20,000 nucleotides of DNA from an uncultured virus (IMG/VR IMGVR_UViG_2534682017_000001) (Duplodnaviria > Heunggongvirae > Uroviricota > Caudoviricetes), in IMG/VR virus record IMGVR_UViG_2534682017_000001. One strand, 5' to 3'. Made by a program: the position numbers and the translations under genes. This document shows positions 1 through 7,740 of the stretch, in pieces. Numbering within the stretch: position 1 is the first letter of the stretch; each line of letters begins with the position of its first letter. The notes below the pieces were generated by a model. The model saw nothing but the letters and a program-made list of their open reading frames with translations. It was not told the origin of the DNA and made no database searches.

Positions 1-244
1 CAAGAACCATGGCTTGTTTGCTTTTAAATGCTGATGAAGCCCAAGCAAATGCCAAGAACTCTTCATTATCATGAAGCAGCTCAGCAATATGATCATGGTC
101 TGGATTGTGAAGTGGTCCACCAAGTGTAAGAAAATTGGCAACAACCCATTCCTTTAATTCTGGTGCAGGTTTTAAACGAATTGCTTCATTCTCTTCGGCT
201 TTATCAATCAAGTCCTGTGGAGGAAATGGTCTGATCTGCTCCAT
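1..244 (-). CDS. Phage putative metallopeptidase-like protein, 5' part (runs off the window)
   Basis: Not in the ORF track. Hand-translated from ATG at 244: MEQIRPFPPQDLIDKAEENEAIRLKPAPELKEWVVANFLTLGGPLHNPDHDHIAELLHDNEEFLAFAWASSAFKSKQAMVL, open to the edge. Family call is from recall of similar prophage proteins. Confidence 0.7.
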   Translation of the reverse strand, partial: MEQIRPFPPQDLIDKAEENEAIRLKPAPELKEWVVANFLTLGGPLHNPDHDHIAELLHDNEEFLAFAWASSAFKSKQAMVL

Positions 245-653
245 TTTCAATTCTCGCTAATTCGCTTTTTATCCAGTTGATTGCATAACCTGATTCAATT
301 TGATGAGGTTCTAGGCGTTCAAATAAATAACCTCTATCGATAGCAAGATCATACTTACACAATACATTTGCTATCTTTCTACCACCGCGACCAACTGCCC
401 AAGGGCTACCAGCAATTTCTATAAGTACATTCAACTTCACAATATAAAAATCGAACCGCCAATTTTTAGTTGAATCAAATTGAAATTTTCTTCGGTATCC
501 AATTCGATGTTCTTCTAGTTCTTGAAATAGGACTTCTTCAGCTTCCAGATACTTTTCTTTAGCCTTAGGCAATGGTCTGCTTTTAGATTTTATTTTAAGT
601 TCTTTTTTTCTTGTAAGCCAAAAGTATTCTTTATTGTCCATTTTTTCATCCAT
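204..653 (-). CDS. DUF559/Vsr-like endonuclease-fold protein
   Basis: FQFDSTKNWRFDF...LIEIAGSPW..GRGG motif. Start moved to ATG 653 (or 641) because 654-675 is a terminator hairpin. Confidence 0.7.
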   Translation of the reverse strand: MDEKMDNKEYFWLTRKKELKIKSKSRPLPKAKEKYLEAEEVLFQELEEHRIGYRRKFQFDSTKNWRFDFYIVKLNVLIEIAGSPWAVGRGGRKIANVLCKYDLAIDRGYLFERLEPHQIESGYAINWIKSELARIENGADQTISSTGLD

Positions 654-675
654 AAAAAACCTCCCGAAGGAGGTC
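654..675 (-). terminator. Rho-independent terminator
   Basis: Minus strand GACCTCC-TTCG-GGAGGT followed by a T-run, just after the 694..1416 stop. Confidence 0.8.
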
Positions 676-693
676 AAGTTTATATTTTTAAAT

Positions 694-1416
694 CTATTTT
701 AGAGTTTTTGTTTTTTCCCACTCAATTTTCAATAATTTTCGGATTTCTGCTCGGAAATTATTATAATCGCTATCAATTAATCCTCGTATATTTTCACTAT
801 TATCAATTGCTAAACATTTTGGGAACTGAACTCTGATAATTTCATGAATATTACTCATTAATTGGAGAATTATTTGCTCATTAAGACCTTTAGGATTAAG
901 TAAAAACTCAATTTTCAAAGATATTCTTGTAATATTTATACTCTCTTGAGCTGAATTTTCTAGAAACAATTCATTGTCAACTTTTACTCTTGATCTAATC
1001 TCTTGTCTTTTCTTTATATACAAACTACTCATTTTAGACAAACTTTCTAAATAGAGAGTTGAGGTATCACGTAAGTCGTTTAACCAAACCTGCCTGCTCT
1101 GAAACACCAACTCCTTTCTTTTTAGCTCTTCTTGCATTGCTAAAGATTCTTTGTTGGATTTGATCAGCTCATTTGTATTAACTTTAGCCGCTTCGATACT
1201 TGCAATAATTTGCTCGACAGTAATTTCAAATGATTTAGTTGTTAAATCAAAACTCTTTTTACCATACCACCATGCTAGGAAAACCCCCACTAAGGCAAGA
1301 ATAATCCCTACCAAAGCAGCAATAACAAATGAATAAATTGCCGTTGTATCTGTAGATGCAAAAACAAATCTGGTGTTTTCATTTGTTTGAATAATTTTTT
1401 GAGGAAGCATTTGCAT
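694..1416 (-). CDS. Membrane-anchored hypothetical protein (moron-like cargo)
   Basis: 240 aa; one hydrophobic helix (IYSFVIAALVGIILALVGVFLAWWY), then a helical domain with SRQVWLNDLR and LLKIEWEKTK; bracketed by terminators. Confidence 0.75.
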   Translation of the reverse strand: MQMLPQKIIQTNENTRFVFASTDTTAIYSFVIAALVGIILALVGVFLAWWYGKKSFDLTTKSFEITVEQIIASIEAAKVNTNELIKSNKESLAMQEELKRKELVFQSRQVWLNDLRDTSTLYLESLSKMSSLYIKKRQEIRSRVKVDNELFLENSAQESINITRISLKIEFLLNPKGLNEQIILQLMSNIHEIIRVQFPKCLAIDNSENIRGLIDSDYNNFRAEIRKLLKIEWEKTKTLK

Positions 1417-1476
1417 ATTTTAGTATGTAATTAAAAAAGTAAATTAATTATATGCTGGATATTGAGTTTTTAAAGT

Positions 1477-1517
1477 AAAAAGCCCCGCTAATAATAGATA
1501 TTTAGCGGGGCTTTTTT
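1477..1517. terminator. Bidirectional rho-independent terminator
   Basis: AAAAAGCCCCGCTA-loop-TAGCGGGGCTTTTTT with A/T tracts on both sides. Confidence 0.85.
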
Positions 1518-1547
1518 GCATCGTAATAAGTCCGGCAAACGATAAAA

Positions 1548-1613
1548 CTAGTTTTTAGGTGCTCTTAAGATATCTAATAGTAATTTTGACTTTTCATGTA
1601 GATGTGAGCCTAA
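1548..1613 (-). pseudogene. Probable 3' remnant of a small conserved prophage gene
   Basis: Frame LGSHLHEKSKLLLDILRAPKN* has no start and an in-frame stop just upstream. It resembles from memory the ...GSDLHDMSEKVLNILRAPKN end of a small Acinetobacter prophage protein. Confidence 0.4.
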
Positions 1614-1628
1614 AGTATTTAATCATCT

Positions 1629-1853
1629 TTAAGGATAATCGTATCTCACCACAAGTGCAGTTCTATCGCCCAAAAGGTAGGTACTATTACCTAAATTATG
1701 AACCTCTAATTTTTTATGAGGTGGTAGGAGTTGAACAAGGAAATATCCTTCACTATTTTGATGATAGATATTTATGGTAGCTCCTGTTCTTTCTTGTACC
1801 TCTACTAATTCTTCTTCGGTACCATCTTCGTATCTAACTCGTACTTTACCCAT
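1629..1853 (-). CDS. Small hypothetical protein (74 aa, MGKVRVRY...)
   Basis: AAGGGG Shine-Dalgarno upstream of ATG 1853; the longer start at 1910 lies within a terminator. Confidence 0.65.
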   Translation of the reverse strand: MGKVRVRYEDGTEEELVEVQERTGATINIYHQNSEGYFLVQLLPPHKKLEVHNLGNSTYLLGDRTALVVRYDYP

Positions 1854-1898
1854 TATTATCCCCTTAATTATTGGAAATATATTTATATCATAGAATGC

Positions 1899-1926
1899 AA
1901 AAAAGCCCATCTATTGATGAGCTTTT
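1899..1926 (-). terminator. Rho-independent terminator (candidate tR' after the late promoter)
   Basis: Minus strand AAGCTCATC-AATA-GATGGGCTTTTTT, about 120 nt downstream of the pR'-like promoter. Confidence 0.7.
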
Positions 1927-2047
1927 AAAATATAGCCACATTCGTGGTATCAAAATTAATTGCATTTGCAAACGCATTTCAATAAGAATCGATAAATCAC
2001 ATTCGTGATATTAAGTAAATTACTTACACTTCGACCACTATAACGCA

Positions 2048-2076
2048 AAAATAGCATTTACCCTGTACAGGGTCAA
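2048..2076 (-). promoter_or_regulatory. pR'-like late promoter with a palindrome in the spacer
   Basis: Minus strand TTGACC-N17-TATTTT with TG extended -10; perfect 14-bp palindrome ACCCTGTACAGGGT at 2060-2073. Confidence 0.6.
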
Positions 2077-2105
2077 GTTCTGAAGTCCTAAACGATTCAA
2101 TTATC

Positions 2106-3017
2106 TCAAACACCTAAGATTTTTTTAACTACAAGAGCATCATCCAAATATCCAACAATATAGTGAGGTTGGAAATACTGAGTTTTTGCCCTTAAATTCT
2201 GAATCTCTGGTTTAACATTATATGGAGGGTTCGTTAATAAATAAGCCGAAACAAAGTCATCCGTATCATAAAAGTTAAACCAATCTCCTTTTAATGAAGA
2301 GGGTTTAGCACGATCTTTGAAATAATCATAAAATACAGGGATGCCTAAAGGAGAGCCTAAAGTTACTAACCGAGAAATCTTATAAGAGGAATTTAAATGT
2401 TGTAGAGCATCCAAACAGACAGCACTACCAAGGGAATGCCCCACTAATACAATTTCTTCTTCCTTTGGATCCTCTTTTATCTTAGCCAGCAGCCTTTCTC
2501 TAACTTGTGATCTATATTGTTCATTGCCAAGAAAAAGATTTGCCTCTTTAGCAAATATCTTAAGCACCCATGTATGAAGCTTTTTAAATCTACTCGTAAT
2601 CTTGATTAGTGCCTTCGCACCTTTATCTATAAAGGAATATGGAGCTAAAGTACTTTTTAAATTAACAGGAATTCCTTCAATAGGTAATGTATCCATCTCA
2701 TCAGTACTATCTCCCTCCATCGAATCAGCAATATTAATTAAAATATCCTGCTCATCTAATGACATATCATTAAAGTTTTTTTCGAAAGCATGGAATCCAC
2801 TGGTCTGTAAATCAAACCATACTTTATTTGAAGTCGGAATATTTAAGTATTCCTTTACCAGATCTCCATAGTAAATAAACTCAAATTTTGTTGTGGCTGG
2901 AACGTTCGGTATATGTGCCTGAAATACTCCCTCTAAGAAGGCCTCTATCCATATTTTTTTCAATGTTTCAGGATCCTTATCAGTCTGGTTGATCCCATGT
3001 ACCATTATTATTTTCAT
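2106..3017 (-). CDS. Alpha/beta hydrolase (lipase/esterase-like)
   Basis: VHGINQ oxyanion motif, GHSLG nucleophile elbow, LVTLGSPL, candidate acid residue in DTDDFV and His in QPHY. Confidence 0.85.
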   Translation of the reverse strand: MKIIMVHGINQTDKDPETLKKIWIEAFLEGVFQAHIPNVPATTKFEFIYYGDLVKEYLNIPTSNKVWFDLQTSGFHAFEKNFNDMSLDEQDILINIADSMEGDSTDEMDTLPIEGIPVNLKSTLAPYSFIDKGAKALIKITSRFKKLHTWVLKIFAKEANLFLGNEQYRSQVRERLLAKIKEDPKEEEIVLVGHSLGSAVCLDALQHLNSSYKISRLVTLGSPLGIPVFYDYFKDRAKPSSLKGDWFNFYDTDDFVSAYLLTNPPYNVKPEIQNLRAKTQYFQPHYIVGYLDDALVVKKILGV

Positions 3018-3131
3018 GACTTTATCCTTTTAATTATATTGAAATTTTATTATATTCTTTTAAATATTAAGTGCAAACATAAGCCAGTTCAAAGCATAAT
3101 ATTTATATTGAACTCATCTAAAATAGTTTGA

Positions 3132-3542
3132 ATGAAATCTCTAGAAGTCGTTGCCGCAGTCATCCAACACCAGGATAAAATTTTATGTGCACTTAAAGGT
3201 GAGCATAAGTACCCCTATTTATCGAATAAGTATGAATTCCCAGGCGGCAAAGTCGAAGCTGAAGAAACACTCGAGCAAGCACTCATTCGAGAAATTAAAG
3301 AAGAGCTCAACCTGGATATTGAAGTAATAGAGTATCTATTAACTGTAGAGCACGCCTACCCCAACTTTAATATCGAGTTGGCCACTTTTATGTGCGTGAC
3401 TAAGACTATTGAAGAATTGGCTTTAAGTGAGCACCAGGATGTACAATGGTGCACTATCGATGAATTAGAACAGCTCGACTGGGCTGCGGCTGATATCCCC
3501 ATCGTGAAATACTTACTTGATAATAAGACTGCAGCATGTTGA
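3132..3542 (+). CDS. Nudix hydrolase, MutT/NudG-like (d)NTP pyrophosphohydrolase
   Basis: Complete Nudix box GGKVEAEETLEQALIREIKEEL, plus EFPGG and C-terminal WAAADIPIV typical of the MutT/NudG group. Confidence 0.93.
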   Translation: MKSLEVVAAVIQHQDKILCALKGEHKYPYLSNKYEFPGGKVEAEETLEQALIREIKEELNLDIEVIEYLLTVEHAYPNFNIELATFMCVTKTIEELALSEHQDVQWCTIDELEQLDWAAADIPIVKYLLDNKTAAC

Positions 3543-4354
3543 AAGATTTTAGACAATTAAAACCAGGTACCATTTTAGATAATGCTGGATTACGTGATTA
3601 CTTCCTTTGCTCACCTCAGGGCGGAATGCGTCGCTCTAAAAAGACCAATACCCTTATCATTGTTTCCAACCATGTCGAGTCCATCTATGAAGATCGATGG
3701 ATTGGTGATGAGCTGCATTACACCGGGATGGGCCAGCTCGGTGACCAAGGATTAATAAGTCAAAATAGAACATTAGCTGAAAGCCAAACTAACGGCGTGT
3801 CTGTCCATCTTTTTGAAGTTTTTGTCGATAAAGAATATATCTACCAAGGTCCTGTTACTCTCGTAGCAGATCCATATCAAAAGATCCAACCTGATGCTAA
3901 TAAACAAGATCGGTTAGTCTGGATATTCCCGGTTAAATTGTCTGATTCAAATACGGCGATTAGCGTAGAGACCATAGAGCGAACTAGTCAGAAAAAGCAA
4001 CGCAAGTATAAGAAGAAATCAATTGAGCAATTGATGGCAGATGCTCACGCTACAGCACAAACGCAAGTTAGCTACCGTAATACCAAATCAAAATACTTTA
4101 TCCGTTCCGACGCAATTGCCCAGCTTGCTAAGCGTTTAGCGAATGGCATTTGTCAGCTCTGTGAACAGCCTGCCCCTTTTAAAGACCAAAATGGTGAGCC
4201 CTACCTTGAAACTCACCATATTGAATGGTTAGCGCACGGTGGACCAGACACCGTCGAAAATACGGTAGCGCTTTGCCCGAATTGCCATAAGAAAATGCAT
4301 GTCGTAAATGCTGAGGCTGATCGCTCAAAACTTAAAGGAATAAATCAACCTTGA
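3536..4354 (+). CDS. SRA-like domain + HNH endonuclease (candidate type IV modification-dependent restriction enzyme)
   Basis: N-terminal GGMRRS...YEDRW...HYTGMGQLGDQ...QNRTLAES (SRA/YDG-like); C-terminal CQLC...LETHHIEWLAHGGPDTVENTVALCPNCH (McrA-type HNH). Overlaps the Nudix stop by 7 nt. Confidence 0.85.
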   Translation: MLKDFRQLKPGTILDNAGLRDYFLCSPQGGMRRSKKTNTLIIVSNHVESIYEDRWIGDELHYTGMGQLGDQGLISQNRTLAESQTNGVSVHLFEVFVDKEYIYQGPVTLVADPYQKIQPDANKQDRLVWIFPVKLSDSNTAISVETIERTSQKKQRKYKKKSIEQLMADAHATAQTQVSYRNTKSKYFIRSDAIAQLAKRLANGICQLCEQPAPFKDQNGEPYLETHHIEWLAHGGPDTVENTVALCPNCHKKMHVVNAEADRSKLKGINQP

Positions 4355-4405
4355 TTTATTCCCACTCAATAAAAGTCTAATCAGAGTAAGTCTTATATTA
4401 AGGTT

Positions 4406-5431
4406 TCATAGACTAAAAACCGATATGATTATAAAACACTCAATTGCAAGAATCATTGCTATTGCAAAAAACCGATGACTATTATGGGTTAATTTCTTAA
4501 AAAATAAACTTAATGAACGAATAGCAATTACAGTATAGGTACTAGCGACAATAGAGGTTATAACAATAAAGCCACCAACTAATCCCCTTAAACTCATAAA
4601 ATTTGAAACCCATATGGAAAAAATTAATACAAAAGCAAGAGTAACAATTAAAATAAGATTAAATTTTAGCCAATACGATGCCTTCTTACCATCAAGAATT
4701 CCAGATAAAATGATAGAAAATACAATAGTTAAACAAATAATAAAAAACCAATGAATAAATTTTTCATCAAAATTAAATTTATAATTTTTTTCTATGACAT
4801 GAAATATTAGCATCACCGAAGCAAACAATGGAAAAAGTGTAACTTGTGCGCACACTTCCCTTGTTACTTCTGCATCGAACTCTTCAGAAATAACATTAGC
4901 AGTCAATTTATTATTTAATTGACTAACTGGCGTATTTACATTGTTACTTTTTAATGTAAATGACCTAACGTTTTCTATTTCATCATCATTTTTTTTCAAC
5001 TTATAAAATGGCTTTGTCTCATTTTTCACTCTTTCCCAGTCATGCTTTAAAAGTAATGAAATTTTAAATTGAAGCTGCTTTTTCAAATTAATGATATCAT
5101 TTTGGTTTGACTCTAAAAGCTTATCTAACAATTCTAGTATATTACGATCATACCTATCTATTATATTTATTCTTGAAATAAACTGTGCTCTAATCTCAAG
5201 TTTTTTCTCATCATTTAAAGTTTTTACATCAAGCGAGCTTACCTCTTCCAACCACTTGCGTAGATATGTACGCCATTCTTTACGTTCTTTCGTAATACAC
5301 TCAATTTCTATCACTCTTTCATCTTTTCTTAATTTAAGAAAAGAAATGATCCAACCAATAAAAATCGTAATAGCACTACCAAATGCGGCCCAAGAGAACG
5401 AAGAAATATCCAAATTCACACCTAATTTCAA
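4406..5431 (-). CDS. Multi-pass membrane hypothetical protein
   Basis: N-terminal TM, soluble domain with ERKEWRTYLR and LLKHDWERVK, then about 5 C-terminal hydrophobic helices. Start (TTG/GTG) uncertain. Confidence 0.75.
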   Translation of the reverse strand: MKLGVNLDISSFSWAAFGSAITIFIGWIISFLKLRKDERVIEIECITKERKEWRTYLRKWLEEVSSLDVKTLNDEKKLEIRAQFISRINIIDRYDRNILELLDKLLESNQNDIINLKKQLQFKISLLLKHDWERVKNETKPFYKLKKNDDEIENVRSFTLKSNNVNTPVSQLNNKLTANVISEEFDAEVTREVCAQVTLFPLFASVMLIFHVIEKNYKFNFDEKFIHWFFIICLTIVFSIILSGILDGKKASYWLKFNLILIVTLAFVLIFSIWVSNFMSLRGLVGGFIVITSIVASTYTVIAIRSLSLFFKKLTHNSHRFFAIAMILAIECFIIISVFSL

Positions 5432-5456
5432 TAAATTTAATAATTTAACTTTATGT

Positions 5457-6380
5457 CTATTCTAAATATTCAAAATTTCTATATTTTTCAAATACTTTAT
5501 ATAACCCCTTACTCTTCAAATAGCTATCTGCAATTTTTTCTTCAATAAAGGATAATGAAACAAAGTTGTTTTTGAATATTTCATCATAAGTTTTTAGAAA
5601 AACAAAATAGTTCTTCGATATATCAAATATTAATTTATCTAATTCCTCCTCCTTAATTTTATATTTTACAATCTCAGAATTATTAATTTTAGTATGCAAC
5701 ATTCCTGTAGAAGAGTAAGAGAATGGTGAATTATCAAAATGTAAAAGACCTGAAGATTCTAAATATTTAGCTTGGATATAACTTAAATCAAAAGCCTCAT
5801 TCACTACTTCACCAAAAAAACTAACACCATTGTCTATCTTTTTTAATATAAGTATTAGTTTTTTTTCATCAATTGAAGAAAATAAATCAATAGAAGGTAA
5901 AAAATTATTAACAATTCGAATAAAAGCTAATAGTTCAATATGAGCTTTAGTTAGTTTATCTATTACAGTGACGGCCTGATTACATATTAAATTATCAAAA
6001 TCATTTGAAGTCTTAGATATCCTATTCTGAATTAGCTCAATTAATATTTCTGTATGTGCTTTATCTCCATTTCTAGCAATTTTTGTCACAACATCATTCA
6101 AAAGAAACTGAACGTCAGGATCTGAAAATTTATCAATTAGAATTGTCTCAACATTCTCTTCAATTTCTTTTTTTAATCTTTTAGCAAAAATTTCTATATT
6201 TTGTTCTGCCTGTTGTGCAGCAGCATCCCTTAATCGTGGAAAATTTGACTCAAAGAGTCCTAAACAATAGATCTCAACTTCCTTTGGCTTCAATCCCTGT
6301 TCAATAGTCAAATTCTGAATTACATCTGCTTGTACAGCTGTGGAATTATTTTCAGCAGCTTGTTTTTTATTTATCCACAT
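5457..6380 (-). CDS. LPO_1073/Vpar_1526-like family protein with N-terminal N/Q-rich motif
   Basis: LFESNFPRLRDAA, FSDPDVQFLL, ILIELIQNRI and QAVTVIDKLT match my recollection of this family. Start ATG 6380 or 6392, both overlapping the upstream gene. Confidence 0.7.
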   Translation of the reverse strand: MWINKKQAAENNSTAVQADVIQNLTIEQGLKPKEVEIYCLGLFESNFPRLRDAAAQQAEQNIEIFAKRLKKEIEENVETILIDKFSDPDVQFLLNDVVTKIARNGDKAHTEILIELIQNRISKTSNDFDNLICNQAVTVIDKLTKAHIELLAFIRIVNNFLPSIDLFSSIDEKKLILILKKIDNGVSFFGEVVNEAFDLSYIQAKYLESSGLLHFDNSPFSYSSTGMLHTKINNSEIVKYKIKEEELDKLIFDISKNYFVFLKTYDEIFKNNFVSLSFIEEKIADSYLKSKGLYKVFEKYRNFEYLE

Positions 6381-6630
6381 TATCGTTTCCATCTTTATTA
6401 ATAGTTATATTACCAATACTGTCAGCTTGAATTCCTATAGAGCGATTTGAAATATTTTGACTCTTATGAGCGATAGTTTCTTTATCTTTAGGAATTTTAA
6501 AGCTCATTAAGAAAGCTATAACTGTAGTTACTAGTGTTCCCGAAGAATCAAACCCTGGTTCTGATAGTGCCCACAAAGTTGCTAAAAGCATACTTATACC
6601 TGAAGCAAGAATAATAATTAATCTAAACAT
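6367..6630 (-). CDS. Small two-TM protein with C-terminal N/Q/S/I-rich tail
   Basis: 87 aa; hydrophobic hairpin (approx. residues 3-22 and 31-44) around EPGFD; tail SQNISNRSIGIQADSIGNITIN. Confidence 0.75.
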   Translation of the reverse strand: MFRLIIILASGISMLLATLWALSEPGFDSSGTLVTTVIAFLMSFKIPKDKETIAHKSQNISNRSIGIQADSIGNITINKDGNDNVDK

Positions 6631-6675
6631 TACAAACTCACAAAAAATATTTATATATTAACTTGTAAAACATTT

Positions 6676-7578
6676 TTAAAAATCTAAATCTTCCCAAATG
6701 TCAACTGTTCTATGTTCTTGCTCATCTAAACAAAAAATGCATAAGTATTTATTTTTCTTCCTTTTATATTGTACAGTTCCTACACAATAATCAATATGTT
6801 TCGTATCGAAAAACTCAGATTTCATCATTATGGATATACAATTTTTGCAAAAGAAACTTTCTCGTTCCTTATCAAAATCAAAGCAATCTTTAACCATTTC
6901 TGAAGAACATGACGATATTGCACCAGCTAATTCATAATGTGTCTGAAGCATTTCAAAAATTTCTCCAGGCTCACCATCAATTAATTTATGCCCCCCATCT
7001 GAATGGGCTGACTTATATCGATACCGATGCTGTATCCAATGTAACCCGTTAAAATTCAATTCCTTGTGTGCAGTTATGATACTTTTAAAAATTAGCTCTG
7101 GGCTTATATCCGATTTTTTATCAACCGTATGCATAAACATATTACGTAAGCTTCTAATTTCTTGAAACCATGGTGCAAAACTATTACTAAGTTTTTTATC
7201 AGAAAAAGTTTCATAAACCCTAATTAAATCCTGCGCATCTATGGTATGAAATTGTGAAAAGGACATGTCTCCATTTTTATCTAATTTTGGAAGATTTTTT
7301 GCAGTATTAGCTATCAATAGGTAGGGAGATATTTCAGCAATTAAACCTTTAAGCCGAAACTCTACAGATTGTATAACAAGAATAAATGCTGAAATAAGTT
7401 TAGGTCTAGCAAAATCCCAATACTTATAACAATTATCTTCTTCTTCCTTTGAAGTCTCACAAGCATCTGAATAGTAAATATAATCATATGCAAGATTAGC
7501 TACTTTTTCCCATGCTTCCTGAACCATGTGATCAGCAGTTATATAAAAATCTTCTTTTGTGGGAATATCCAATATCAT
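6676..7578 (-). CDS. HEPN-like protein with C-terminal Zn-binding motif
   Basis: QSVEFRLKG helix and R-x4-H motif (RNMFMH); C-terminal CKNC...CIFC. Confidence 0.65.
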   Translation of the reverse strand: MILDIPTKEDFYITADHMVQEAWEKVANLAYDYIYYSDACETSKEEEDNCYKYWDFARPKLISAFILVIQSVEFRLKGLIAEISPYLLIANTAKNLPKLDKNGDMSFSQFHTIDAQDLIRVYETFSDKKLSNSFAPWFQEIRSLRNMFMHTVDKKSDISPELIFKSIITAHKELNFNGLHWIQHRYRYKSAHSDGGHKLIDGEPGEIFEMLQTHYELAGAISSCSSEMVKDCFDFDKERESFFCKNCISIMMKSEFFDTKHIDYCVGTVQYKRKKNKYLCIFCLDEQEHRTVDIWEDLDF

Positions 7579-7600
7579 CTTAAATTTAACTAATCTATTG

Positions 7601-7623
7601 AAAAGCTCACTTTCGTGAGCTTT
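7601..7623 (-). terminator. Rho-independent terminator
   Basis: Minus strand AAAGCTCAC-GAAA-GTGAGCTTTT, 28 nt after the second micropeptide stop. Confidence 0.75.
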
Positions 7624-7650
7624 GTAATTAAAAACTGATTCTTCGGAATT

Positions 7651-7740
7651 TTATCGCTTAATACTTCTTTCTTCATATGATATATGAGGAGCTGGTACTT
7701 CAGGCGGAACTGGAGGTTGAGGAGAATTTTGGGAGTTCAT
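7651..7740 (-). CDS. Pro-rich micropeptide 2 (29 aa)
   Basis: Hand-translated MNSQNSPQPPVPPEVPAPHISYEERSIKR*; its ATG overlaps the upstream stop (TAATG). Confidence 0.6.
   Translation of the reverse strand: MNSQNSPQPPVPPEVPAPHISYEERSIKR

Noticed and set aside
1151..1336. 61-aa plus-strand ORF
   Set aside because: Antisense shadow of the 694-1416 gene.
1559..1780. 73-aa plus-strand ORF
   Set aside because: Overlaps the better-supported minus gene 1629-1853; no convincing SD.
2602..2871. 89-aa plus-strand ORF
   Set aside because: Shadow of the hydrolase gene.
3356..3556. 66-aa minus-strand ORF
   Set aside because: Shadow of the Nudix gene.
5091..5465. 124-aa plus-strand ORF
   Set aside because: Ser/Ile/Phe-rich antisense shadow of 4406-5431.
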